This document shows, piece by piece, positions 54,655 to 63,930 of a stretch of 64,000 bases of DNA. The position numbers and the translations under genes were made by a program. Position 1 is the stretch's first letter. Each line of letters begins with the position of its first letter. The stretch is from Cyanobacteriota bacterium (GTDB taxonomy: Bacteria; Acidobacteriota; Vicinamibacteria; Vicinamibacterales; UBA2999): positions 879 to 64,878 of the forward strand of contig JAIEMQ010000021.1 of assembly GCA_019752015.1 (NCBI GenBank), read 5' to 3'. The notes under the pieces are model-generated. The model made no database searches. It was not told the origin of the DNA and was given only the letters and a program-made list of their open reading frames with translations.

Positions 54655-57600
54655 CTACTTGCCTTCGACGACTGGCTTCTTGATGCGCTGCAGCATGTTG
54701 TTGAACGGCGGCAGCTGGCTGCCGATCGTCTTGTCCAATCGATCGGTCTCGGCCTTCAGCTCGGCGACGAGGTCGTTGAAGATCGGCTCGACGTTGCCCG
54801 TCGGCCGTCCTTCGCCTGACACCGCCACCCGCAGCAACGAGGCGAGGCGGTTGTTGGTCTTGATCGGGAAGTTGAGCGGATCCTGTCCGCTCTGATTCCT
54901 CACCTGATAGACGTCTTCTTCGATCGTCGACAGCGCCCTGGCGAGCTGCTCACCGGCGGTCCGCACTTCGGCGGGCGCATCCTTGATGCGATCGGCAATG
55001 TCGGTCTTGATGCGGCGGATCCTGATCACCGCGAGGTTCGCCTCGTTGACCTTGTCGCGGATGCGGCTGGCGAGATTCCACTGGAACATCAAGTCCGCAT
55101 CGCTGATCGGGCGCAGCGGGTGCTTGAGCACCTGGAACGATTGCGTCTGCGTCACGCCGTCCGCGGTCAGGCGGACCGAATAGGCGCCTGGCAGCACGGT
55201 CGGGCCGTTCTGCGTCGCGCCCCACAGGATCATTCCCGGGAAGGTCACGACGCCCGTGGAATTGAGATCCCACGTGAAGCGGTTGACGCCGGCCGCCATC
55301 GGCGCGCCCTGCGGCCCGCGCGGGAAGTCGTCATCGCCGCCGCCGGCGGCGGCCTCGCCGGGCTTGCGCGGCGGGTTGCCGTTCACCGAGCGAACGACCT
55401 GTCCCTTCGCATCGAGGAAATCGAGCGTCAGCTGCTTCGGCTGGTTCTTCAGGTAATACGTGACGATCGGGCGATCGAGGCCGCGCGTCGAATTGGCCGG
55501 TTTGAACACCGTGACGTCGGTCAAGGGGGCGGCGCCGAACTGGCGCAGCGCGGCGATGTCGTCGAGGACGTAGAAGCCGCGGCCGTGCGTGCCGATCGCC
55601 AGCGCGTTGTCCTCGACCACGAGATCGGTCGTCGGCGTATCGGGCAGGCCGTTCTTCAGCGGCAGCCATTGTTCGCCGTCGTTATATGAAACGTAGACCG
55701 CGTGCTGCGTCCCCGCGTAGAGCATGCCGCGGCGAACGGTGTCCTCGCGAACCGTGTGCACGTAGTCGTTCGCGGGAATGCCGTTGACGATCTTCTTCCA
55801 CGTCTTGCCGTAATCGCTGGTCTTGAAGATGTACGGCGCGCGATCGCCGAGCAGCATCCTCTTCACCGCCACATAGGCGGTGCCGTTATCGAAGGACGAG
55901 CCGTCGATCTGGCTGACGCGGCCGAGATCGGGCATCTCGGATGGGGTGATGTTGGTCCAGTTCCTCCCGCCGTCGCGCGTGACCTGGATGATGCCGTCGT
56001 CCGATCCCGCCCAGATCAGGTTGACGTCCTTCTTGCCTGGCCCGAGTGAGAACACCGTCCCATAAATTTCAGGACTGTTCATGTCGTGCGTGATCGGTCC
56101 GCCCGAATCGCCCATCGTCTTGGGATCGTGACGCGTCAGATCGCCGCTGATCGCCTCCCACGTATCGCCGCCGTTGGTCGACTTCCAGACGCGCTGCGAG
56201 CTCGTGTAGAGCACGTTCGGATCGGCGTAGGAGAGGATGATGGGATAGGTCCACTGCCACCGTTCCTTGACCTCGCCCGAGTTCTCTCCGGAGAAGAAGC
56301 GCGGATACGCGCCGACCTCTTTCAGCTCGCCGGTGCGGCGGTTGAGGCGCGTCAGGAACGAGCCGTTGTTGGCGCCGGCCCAGAAAATGTCGGGGTCGGT
56401 GGCATGCGGCGCGATGTAGGCGGGCTCGCCGCCGCCGACCTGATACGGCGCGACCGCCGGGTTGCCGCCAAATCCGCCGCCGCCGGTATTGCTCGGCACG
56501 CACAGCGTGCTGTTGTCCTGCTGCGCGCCGCAGACATGGAAGGGGAGGTGTGCCGTCGTGATCACGTGATACCACTGCGCGGTCGGGAAATCCTGCGCGC
56601 TCCAGTTCGGCACGCGCGACGCGATGTCATACGTGATCGCGCCGCCGCCGTCGTTGCCGTCGATCACGTGCATCGGGTCATCAGGATCCACCCAGAGGTC
56701 GTGGTGATCGCCGTGCGTGTTCTGCCCCACCTGCACCGTCGTCTTGCCGCCGTCGGTCGATCGGAACAGTCCCGTGTTCTGCATGTAGACGACGTCCTTG
56801 TTGCTTGGATCGCCGAAGACGTGCGTGTAATAGAACGCGCGCTGGCGGATCGCGCGGCTCTCGTTGATCAGCTTCCACGACGTGCCGGCATCGTCGGAGA
56901 CGAACAGGCCGCCGTTCTCGTTTTCCACGAGTGCGTAGACGCGATTCGAATCCGACCTGGTGTTCGCGATACCGATGCGCCCGACCAATCCCTGCGGCAG
57001 GCCGGTGTTGCGGGTGATCTCGGTCCACGTATCGCCGCCGTCGGTCGACTTGAAGAGGCCGCTGCCGGGACCGCCGCTCGACATCTGGTATTCGATGCGG
57101 TACGCCTCCCACAACGCCGCATAGAGCACGTTGGGATTATTGGCGTCGACGACAATGTCCACGGCGCCGGTCTTGGCGTCCCTGAACAGCGTCTTCTTCC
57201 ACGTCTTGCCGCCGTCGGTGGTCTTGAAGACGCCGCGCTCGTCGCTCGGACCGTAATAGACGCCGAACGCCGCGACCCACACGACGTCGGGGTTGGTGGG
57301 GTGGATGCGAATCTTCGAGATCGCATCGACGTTCCTGAATCCCATGTGCGCCCACGTCTTGCCGGCATCGATGGACTTATAGACGCCGTCGCCGGGCATG
57401 ATGTTGCCGCGGATGCAGGACTCGCCCGTGCCGATCCACACGACGTTCGGATTGGCCTCGGCAACCGCGACCGCACCGACCGACGAGCTCGTAATCTGGC
57501 CGTCGGTCACGGGCACCCAGTTGTTGCCGGCGTCCGTGGTCTTCCACAGACCGCCGCCGACCGCGCCGAAATAGGCTTCGCGCGGGCGTCCTTTCACGCC

Positions 57601-57783
57601 GGCCACGGCGATCGATCGTCCGCCTCGATCGGGTCCGATGCTGCGCCAGCGATACGCGTTCAGCAGCGCTGGATCGATTGCCTGCTGACGCGCCTCGAGC
57701 CGCGCGAGATGTGAATCGCCAAGAGAGAAGAGAGCCAATAGAGCCAGCGCAGCCGTGCGCCCGATGCGCCACGAGTTGATCAT
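54655..57783 (-). CDS. Secreted sortilin/VPS10-like double beta-propeller with BNR/Asp-box repeats (GH74-like architecture)
   Basis: 1042 aa. Multiple Asp-boxes: 'SIDAGKTW', 'TTDGGKTW', 'STDGGDTW', 'SDDAGTSW', 'STNGGDTW', 'TRDGGRNW', 'TSDYGKTW'. Confidence 0.85.
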   Translation of the reverse strand: MINSWRIGRTAALALLALFSLGDSHLARLEARQQAIDPALLNAYRWRSIGPDRGGRSIAVAGVKGRPREAYFGAVGGGLWKTTDAGNNWVPVTDGQITSSSVGAVAVAEANPNVVWIGTGESCIRGNIMPGDGVYKSIDAGKTWAHMGFRNVDAISKIRIHPTNPDVVWVAAFGVYYGPSDERGVFKTTDGGKTWKKTLFRDAKTGAVDIVVDANNPNVLYAALWEAYRIEYQMSSGGPGSGLFKSTDGGDTWTEITRNTGLPQGLVGRIGIANTRSDSNRVYALVENENGGLFVSDDAGTSWKLINESRAIRQRAFYYTHVFGDPSNKDVVYMQNTGLFRSTDGGKTTVQVGQNTHGDHHDLWVDPDDPMHVIDGNDGGGAITYDIASRVPNWSAQDFPTAQWYHVITTAHLPFHVCGAQQDNSTLCVPSNTGGGGFGGNPAVAPYQVGGGEPAYIAPHATDPDIFWAGANNGSFLTRLNRRTGELKEVGAYPRFFSGENSGEVKERWQWTYPIILSYADPNVLYTSSQRVWKSTNGGDTWEAISGDLTRHDPKTMGDSGGPITHDMNSPEIYGTVFSLGPGKKDVNLIWAGSDDGIIQVTRDGGRNWTNITPSEMPDLGRVSQIDGSSFDNGTAYVAVKRMLLGDRAPYIFKTSDYGKTWKKIVNGIPANDYVHTVREDTVRRGMLYAGTQHAVYVSYNDGEQWLPLKNGLPDTPTTDLVVEDNALAIGTHGRGFYVLDDIAALRQFGAAPLTDVTVFKPANSTRGLDRPIVTYYLKNQPKQLTLDFLDAKGQVVRSVNGNPPRKPGEAAAGGGDDDFPRGPQGAPMAAGVNRFTWDLNSTGVVTFPGMILWGATQNGPTVLPGAYSVRLTADGVTQTQSFQVLKHPLRPISDADLMFQWNLASRIRDKVNEANLAVIRIRRIKTDIADRIKDAPAEVRTAGEQLARALSTIEEDVYQVRNQSGQDPLNFPIKTNNRLASLLRVAVSGEGRPTGNVEPIFNDLVAELKAETDRLDKTIGSQLPPFNNMLQRIKKPVVEGK

Positions 57784-57951
57784 TTCGGGGGTCCTCCGAC
57801 CAGCGAAAGTCTACCAAGGGCTACGGCACGGGTCGTAACAACATGTAAGCCCTCCGTTACCCACCACGGCCATCGCGCTACACATCGCCCCCCTTTCGGG
57901 CCCGAAAAAAGCTGGCATAGCCGTTGCTCTATAGGGCTGCGGGAGGAGCGC

Positions 57952-58782
57952 ATGAAGAAACTATTCGTCGGCGGCACAATCGCAAAAACGTTGCTGTATA
58001 TGCTGTTGACGGCTGCATGCACTCGCGCCGAAGCGGTCGAAAACATTCCGGCCGGCACTGAAGTCACCGTGGTCACGCAGGACGGCACGCGCGTTCGCGG
58101 CAAGATCGCGAAGGTCGACGCCAACGTCGTGACGCTGACCGGTGAGCGCCCCAACACCTCCACCGAAATCACGCGGACGTCGATCGCGGAAGTCAAGCGC
58201 GTCGACAACGACGACGTGAACGATCGTGAGGCCGCGCCGGCAGCCGCATCGACGGCGCCGGTCAGCCGCGCGATCACTGTTCCCGACAACACGGTTCTCG
58301 ACGTCACGCTCAACACCGCGCTGGCGTCCGATACGAGCGCGGTCGAGCAGCGCGTCAACGGCACGCTGGCGTCGCCGGTTGTGATTGACGGGACGACCGT
58401 CATTCCGTCCGGCGCGAGCTTGTCGGGTCAGGTGACGAATGTTGACGACTCGGACAAGGTCAAGGGCCGCGCGGAGCTGTCGTTCCGCTTCACGAGATTG
58501 ACCACCGGCTCGGTGACGTATGACATCGATACCAAGCCGCTCGCGTATGTCGCCGAGGGCACCAAGAAAGAAGACGCCGTGAAAATCGGCGCGGGCGCCG
58601 CGGCCGGCGCGGTGATCGGCGCGATCACCGGCGGCAAGAAGGGCGCTGCGATTGGGTCCGCGGTTGGCGCGGGCGCCGGCACCGGCGTCGTGCTCGCCAC
58701 CGACGGCAAAGAAATCCGGCTTGCGGAAGGACGCAAGCTCAAGGTCTCGCTTACAACTCCGCTAACTATCCGCACCAAATAA
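57952..58782 (+). CDS. Secreted/lipoprotein-like hypothetical protein with a C-terminal glycine-zipper segment
   Basis: Signal 'MKKLFVGGTIAKTLLYMLLTAAC'. C-terminal 'GAGAAAGAVIGAITGGKKGAAIGSAVGAGAGTGVVLA'. Confidence 0.65.
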   Translation: MKKLFVGGTIAKTLLYMLLTAACTRAEAVENIPAGTEVTVVTQDGTRVRGKIAKVDANVVTLTGERPNTSTEITRTSIAEVKRVDNDDVNDREAAPAAASTAPVSRAITVPDNTVLDVTLNTALASDTSAVEQRVNGTLASPVVIDGTTVIPSGASLSGQVTNVDDSDKVKGRAELSFRFTRLTTGSVTYDIDTKPLAYVAEGTKKEDAVKIGAGAAAGAVIGAITGGKKGAAIGSAVGAGAGTGVVLATDGKEIRLAEGRKLKVSLTTPLTIRTK

Positions 58783-58917
58783 CCCACCAACTGCCGCGGG
58801 AGCCACCAAAGGCTCCCGCGCCTCGCCTTTTGTAACGAAGACTGACATCGCACACCCCGTTTTTGATGACGCTTCTGCGTACTTGCGACGTGCCATGTAC
58901 GCAGGAAGTGGAACATC

Positions 58918-60720
58918 ATGTTGAAGACCGTGCGACCGCCCCTCGAGGAATACGCCGCCCGCCAACGCGATCGTGAAGCCGCCGCCTACGCGCGTGAGCG
59001 CACGCACATCCAGTTAGGCAATGCCAAGGTCGCGATCTTCATAGCGGCGGTGATCTACACCGGCTACGCGCTGACGCGCGATCCGTCCGCGATCGTGTAC
59101 GGCATTGGCGCCGCCGCGTTCATCGCGCTGTCGATCTGGCACGAGGTGGTGATGCGTGCGCTGGCGAGAGCGCAGGCCGCCGTCACGTATTACGCCGACG
59201 GCATCGCGCGCATCGAAGACCGCTGGATGCGCGACACGCCCAGCGGCGAGCGTTTCCGCGACCGTAATCATCCCTACGCCGACGATCTCGACGTGTTCGG
59301 TTCCGGCAGTTTGTTCCAGCTACTCTCGTCGTGCCGGACGCCGATGGGGGAAGATCGCCTGGCGCGATGGCTGCTGCACGCGTCGCCGATCCCCGAGATT
59401 CGCGAGCGGCAGGCGCGCGTCGCGGCGTTACGAAGCCGGATCGATCTCCGTGAGCGGATCGCGGTCGTCAATGCCGGACGCCGGCGATCGATGCACGCCG
59501 GGCGATTGATCGCGTGGGCGGAGGAGCCGGCGTCGATGCCGCCGATTCGCATCGTGATCGTCGCGTTGGCGCTGGCGTTCGCCGCCTCGTTCACCTGGTA
59601 CGTCAAAGGCGGTCCCGGTATCTACGTTGCGATCGGGTCCGTCATCAATGTCCTGGTGCTCTCCTGGCTCTTCAAGCGCGCCGATGCGATTGCCGAGCGG
59701 CTGTCGTCGGCCACGGAATCCGCCGCGCTCGGTTTGTTCGCGAACGTGATCAAGGAGATCGAGCTCGAGTCGTTCGATGATCCTGCGCTGACTGGATTGG
59801 CGCGTCGATTCACGGCCGACGTCGCGGCGTCGCGCGGGCTGGCGCGGCTCGCGCGCATTGCGGACTGGGCCGACTCGCGCCACAACGTGTTCCTGAAGCT
59901 GTCCGAGATCCCGTTGCTGTTCACGCCGCAATTGGCCTACGCCGCCGAATCATGGCGCCGTCTTCATGGGCGCCGGCTGCGCGACTGGGTGGATGCGATC
60001 GGTGAAATGGAGGCGCTGCTGTCGCTGTCGGGATACTCGTACGAACATCCCGCCTATCCATTCGCCGAGCTGATTGAAGGCGGCGGCCCGCGGTTCGATG
60101 CCGCGGAAGTGTCGCATCCCTTGCTGCCTGCGAGCGCAGTGAGCAATTCACTGCAACTCACTCAAGACCTCGAGACCTCAGGACCGCAAATCCTCCTCGT
60201 ATCCGGATCCAACATGTCCGGCAAGAGCACGTTGATGCGGACCGTCGGCATGAACGCGCTGATGGCGCTGGCGGGCGCGCCCGTGCGCGCCGAGCGATTG
60301 CGGCTGACGCCGCTGCAGATCGGCACGTGCCTGCGTCACACCGATTCGCTGCAGGAACATCGCTCCGGTTTCTATACCGAGGCGCTCCGCATTCGATCGA
60401 TTTGCGATCTGCTCGATGGCCCGCTGCCCGTGCTGTTCCTGTTCGACGAGCTGCTGAGCGGCACCAACTCGAAGGATCGCCGGGTCGCCGCGGAAGGCGT
60501 GGCGCGCACCATGCTGGAGCGCGGCGCGATCGGGATGGTGACGACGCACGACCTGGCGTTGACGGAGATCGCGGCAATCTTCCCGGGCCGCGTCACGAAC
60601 GTGCACCTGCAGGACAAGGTCGAACACGGCCAGATGACGTTCGACTACAAGCTCCGCGACGGCGTCATCACCCATAGCAACGCGCTTGAATTGATGCGTA
60701 TGATCGGACTCGACGTATGA
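58918..60720 (+). CDS. Membrane-anchored MutS-related ATPase (no mismatch-binding domain recognised)
   Basis: Four hydrophobic helices in the N-terminal half. MutS ATPase motifs 'GSNMSGKSTLMRTVG', 'LFLFDELLSGTNSKDR', 'MVTTHDLAL'. Confidence 0.8.
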   Translation: MLKTVRPPLEEYAARQRDREAAAYARERTHIQLGNAKVAIFIAAVIYTGYALTRDPSAIVYGIGAAAFIALSIWHEVVMRALARAQAAVTYYADGIARIEDRWMRDTPSGERFRDRNHPYADDLDVFGSGSLFQLLSSCRTPMGEDRLARWLLHASPIPEIRERQARVAALRSRIDLRERIAVVNAGRRRSMHAGRLIAWAEEPASMPPIRIVIVALALAFAASFTWYVKGGPGIYVAIGSVINVLVLSWLFKRADAIAERLSSATESAALGLFANVIKEIELESFDDPALTGLARRFTADVAASRGLARLARIADWADSRHNVFLKLSEIPLLFTPQLAYAAESWRRLHGRRLRDWVDAIGEMEALLSLSGYSYEHPAYPFAELIEGGGPRFDAAEVSHPLLPASAVSNSLQLTQDLETSGPQILLVSGSNMSGKSTLMRTVGMNALMALAGAPVRAERLRLTPLQIGTCLRHTDSLQEHRSGFYTEALRIRSICDLLDGPLPVLFLFDELLSGTNSKDRRVAAEGVARTMLERGAIGMVTTHDLALTEIAAIFPGRVTNVHLQDKVEHGQMTFDYKLRDGVITHSNALELMRMIGLDV

Positions 60721-61820
60721 AGTGCGCCGGGAGATGCATTCTGGTCGGGAGCCTGATTCTGGGTGGGAGCCACACTCTTGCCGGGAATCAAAGCAGCCCG
60801 CGTGTCGGCATGCTCGAACAGGCGGGATGGGCCGCGATCAAGGCGGGCAATCACAAAGCCGCGGCCGAGGCCTTTGCCGAGGCGACCAAACTCGAGCCGA
60901 AGAATGCCTCACTCTGGCTCGGCGCCGGTTACACGGAATTCCTGCTGCGCCACGATGCGGAAGCGAAGGCCTACCTGCAACGCGCCCTGGATCTCGATCC
61001 GAAGCTGTCGCTCGCGCGCGCGCAGCTCGCCCAGGTCGTCAAACGCCAGGGCGATCTGGCCGAGGCGATCCGTCTCTACGAGATCGTCGCCACCGAGCTG
61101 CCGGACGAGAAGGGCGTGGCCGATACGCTCGATCGCTGGAAGCGCGAGCGCGAGCTGCACGAGCGGATGCGCGTCGAGGTTGGCGATCACTTCACCGTCT
61201 CGTTCGAAGGACCCGAGGATGCGGAGATGGCCGCGCAGGCGCTCGAATCGCTCAATCGCGCGTTCTGGCGCATCACCGATGTCTTCGGCACGTTCCCGGC
61301 GCGCAAGATCCCCGTGGTGCTCTACAGCGGCGAACAGTTTCGCGACATCACGCGCTCACCGCAATGGGCCGCGGCTGCGTTCGACGGCATCATCCGCGTG
61401 CCGATGCGCGGCGCCGGCGAGAAAGGCGAGGACCTCGATCGCGTGCTCGCCCACGAGTTCTCGCATGCCATGATTCGCTCGCTGGCGACGCGCGGCCTGC
61501 CGACGTGGCTGAACGAAGGGCTCGCGTCAGCGCTCGAGGCGCCGGACGATCTGTCGTGGACCGACAAGACGATGGCGACGGTCGCGAAGGCGCCGTCACT
61601 GGCAGTGCTGTCGACGTCGTTTGCCAGGCTGAATGGCCGCGACGCGCAGGTGGCCTACGCGGCCAGCACCCGCGCGGCGAAGCGGCTGCTCGACGAGGCC
61701 GGCGGCGTCGCGATCGCCAATCTGCTGCGCGATCTCGGCGACGGCAAGGAATTCGAAGCGGCCTTCCTGCATCGCATCCAGAAATCGCTCGTCGACTTCG
61801 AATCGTCCCTTTCCCAATAG
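60717..61820 (+). CDS. Secreted TPR protein with an HExxH (peptidase-MA-like) domain
   Basis: ATG overlaps the MutS-related stop (ATGA). TPR-like 'AAAEAFAEATKLEPKNASLWLGAGYTEFLLRHDAEAKAYLQRALDLDP'. 'VLAHEFSHAMIRSL'. Confidence 0.75.
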   Translation: MKCAGRCILVGSLILGGSHTLAGNQSSPRVGMLEQAGWAAIKAGNHKAAAEAFAEATKLEPKNASLWLGAGYTEFLLRHDAEAKAYLQRALDLDPKLSLARAQLAQVVKRQGDLAEAIRLYEIVATELPDEKGVADTLDRWKRERELHERMRVEVGDHFTVSFEGPEDAEMAAQALESLNRAFWRITDVFGTFPARKIPVVLYSGEQFRDITRSPQWAAAAFDGIIRVPMRGAGEKGEDLDRVLAHEFSHAMIRSLATRGLPTWLNEGLASALEAPDDLSWTDKTMATVAKAPSLAVLSTSFARLNGRDAQVAYAASTRAAKRLLDEAGGVAIANLLRDLGDGKEFEAAFLHRIQKSLVDFESSLSQ

Positions 61821-61845
61821 CCTATAATCCGGTTCGGGAGGCGGT

Positions 61846-63309
61846 ATGAGACTCCGTCCTGCGGTCGTCGTCTTCGCCGGCGTCGTTGGTTTCCTGTGGT
61901 CCTCGCCCGTGACCGCGCAGACGCCGACATTCAGCAAGGACGTCGCACCGATCCTCTACAAGAACTGCTCCCAGTGCCATCGGCCCAACGAAGTGGCGCC
62001 GATGTCGCTGATGACCTACGACGAGGTCCGCCCGTGGGCCCGATCGATCAAGTCGAAGGTTGTGAAGAAGGAAATGCCGCCGTGGGGTGTCGGCCGCTCG
62101 ACGCTCGATTTCAGCAACGATCGCCGGATGAGCGACAAGGAGATCGCGACGCTGGTCGCGTGGGTCGACGGCGGAGCGCCGCGAGGCAGGGATGCCGATC
62201 TGCCCTCGCCGCCGAGTTATCCGGGCGGCTGGAAGTTCAACGTCGAGCCCGACGTCGTCGTGAAGATGCCGGTCGAGTTCAAGGTCGAGCCGCGCTCCGA
62301 GTACCCGATGCTGGACTTCTACGTGCCGGTGCCGTGGACCGATGGAATGAAGCTGATCCAGATGTCGGAAGCGCGGCCGTCGAACAAGGCCGTCGTCCAT
62401 CACATCACGGTGAGCCTCGTCACGTTTCCTCCAGGCACTGAAGTGATCGACGGCCAGCCGTTCACGACCGACGCGTCGGGCAAGAAAGTGCCGCTCGATC
62501 GGCGACTGGCCCGCATCACCGAGCAAAGATTGCCCGCGGAGCTCCAGATCCCGCGTGAACCCGGCGAGAAGCCGGATCGCCTGAGCTCGGTCGGCGGCTT
62601 CACGACGCTGCTGGCGTATGTTGCGGGTCGCGGCTTTGATGATCATCCCGACGGCGTTGGCACGCCCGCCCTGCCGGGCCAGTACATCAACTTCAACATG
62701 CACTACACGCCAACCGGCCGCGTTGAATACGATCGATCCGAGGTCGGATTCTGGTTCGTGAAGGGGGAGCCGAAGAAGTTCCACTTCCGCACGCCGATCA
62801 ACGAGCGCCAGGCCGTCAACGGCAAGATCGTCCGCGGAGAAATCCCCGATGCGGCGGACGTCGAAGCCGGGCGCGTGTCACAGGGCGCCACCGCCGCCAC
62901 TATCTCAGCGTTCAGCGGCCTGCCGCCGATCCCGCCGCACGAAGCCAACTTCACGGTAACATCGGAGTTGAAGATCACGCAGGACATCACCATCAACGGC
63001 TTCTATCCGCACATGCACGTGCGGGGCAAATCGGCCGAGTACAAGATCGTTTTTCCCGATGGCCGCGAGCAGCTCTTGTTCGACGTGCCGCGCTATCGCT
63101 TCGACTGGCAGGAGCGCTATGTCCTGGCCGCGCCGCTCAAGATTCCGAACGGCAGCCTGCTGAAATACAAGGGCGTGTTCGACAACTCCGCGGAGAACCC
63201 GCTCAATCCCAATCCCGACAAGGAAGTGTATTGGTCGGAACAGAGCTGGGATGAGATGAGCCTCGGCTGGATCGAGTACACGCTCGACAAACAGAAACTG
63301 AAGAAATAG
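61846..63309 (+). CDS. Secreted heme-c (CxxCH) plus PHM/DBH-like copper monooxygenase fusion (paralogue 2)
   Basis: 'FSKDVAPILYKNCSQCHRPNEVAPMSLMTYDEVRPWARSIKSKVVKKEMPPWG'. 'AVVHHITVSL', 'FNMHYTPTG', 'YPHMHVRGK', 'SWDEMS', 'YRFDWQ'. Confidence 0.8.
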   Translation: MRLRPAVVVFAGVVGFLWSSPVTAQTPTFSKDVAPILYKNCSQCHRPNEVAPMSLMTYDEVRPWARSIKSKVVKKEMPPWGVGRSTLDFSNDRRMSDKEIATLVAWVDGGAPRGRDADLPSPPSYPGGWKFNVEPDVVVKMPVEFKVEPRSEYPMLDFYVPVPWTDGMKLIQMSEARPSNKAVVHHITVSLVTFPPGTEVIDGQPFTTDASGKKVPLDRRLARITEQRLPAELQIPREPGEKPDRLSSVGGFTTLLAYVAGRGFDDHPDGVGTPALPGQYINFNMHYTPTGRVEYDRSEVGFWFVKGEPKKFHFRTPINERQAVNGKIVRGEIPDAADVEAGRVSQGATAATISAFSGLPPIPPHEANFTVTSELKITQDITINGFYPHMHVRGKSAEYKIVFPDGREQLLFDVPRYRFDWQERYVLAAPLKIPNGSLLKYKGVFDNSAENPLNPNPDKEVYWSEQSWDEMSLGWIEYTLDKQKLKK

Positions 63310-63350
63310 GTGCCTGAAGTGCCTATGGTGCCTAAAGTGCCTGAGGTGCT
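63310..63350 (+). repeat. 9-nt tandem repeat (GTGCCTNNN)x4 plus a partial copy
   Basis: 'gtgcctgaa gtgcctatg gtgcctaaa gtgcctgag gtgct' lies at the junction or N-terminus of the 63310 gene (VPE-VPM-VPK-VPE-VL). Confidence 0.85.
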
Positions 63351-63930
63351 GGGCTGCGTCCTGGCGCTGATCGTTGCCATCGATGCACAGGTGCCACTCA
63401 AAGAGCCGCCGAAGGGCCTGATGCCCGACCTCGGACGGCCGACGCGCTCGGACGATGAAGTTCCGCTGCTCGATTTCGATCGCTATTTCCTCGGCAACTG
63501 GACATTCACCGCCGACGCTCCCGACAGCGTGCTCGGCCCGGGCGGCGAGATCTCCGGCACCGGTTCTTATCGCAAACTCAGCGAGGGATTCTACGAGGCC
63601 GTCTGGGAAGGCAAGAGCGAGCGCGGCCCGTTCAAGATCACCGAGACCATTGCCTATCACCGCGAGCAGAAGATGGCGTTCCGCCACGTGACGGACAGCC
63701 GCGGCTATTCGTATACGCAGATGGCCGAAGTCGGCGGCAATATCGGCGGCGATTACCGGTTGTTCTTCAAGAGCGCGCCGTTTACCTACAAGGGCAAACA
63801 GGTGCGGCTGAACCACACCGTCTACCTTGCGGCGCCGCTGACGTTCCGGATCGATCTGGAAGTGGCCGAGGGCTCAGGCGCGTTCGTGCACCTGAGCCCG
63901 TGGCGGTATCGGCGACGCGGCGGCGCGTAA
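63310..63930 (+). CDS. Secreted protein of unknown function, paralogue of 25682-26311
   Basis: Begins immediately after the TAG of the monooxygenase-like gene. ATG 63325 ('MVPKVPEVLGCVLALIVAIDAQ') is an equally good start. Shared motifs are listed under 25682. Confidence 0.7.
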   Translation: MPEVPMVPKVPEVLGCVLALIVAIDAQVPLKEPPKGLMPDLGRPTRSDDEVPLLDFDRYFLGNWTFTADAPDSVLGPGGEISGTGSYRKLSEGFYEAVWEGKSERGPFKITETIAYHREQKMAFRHVTDSRGYSYTQMAEVGGNIGGDYRLFFKSAPFTYKGKQVRLNHTVYLAAPLTFRIDLEVAEGSGAFVHLSPWRYRRRGGA

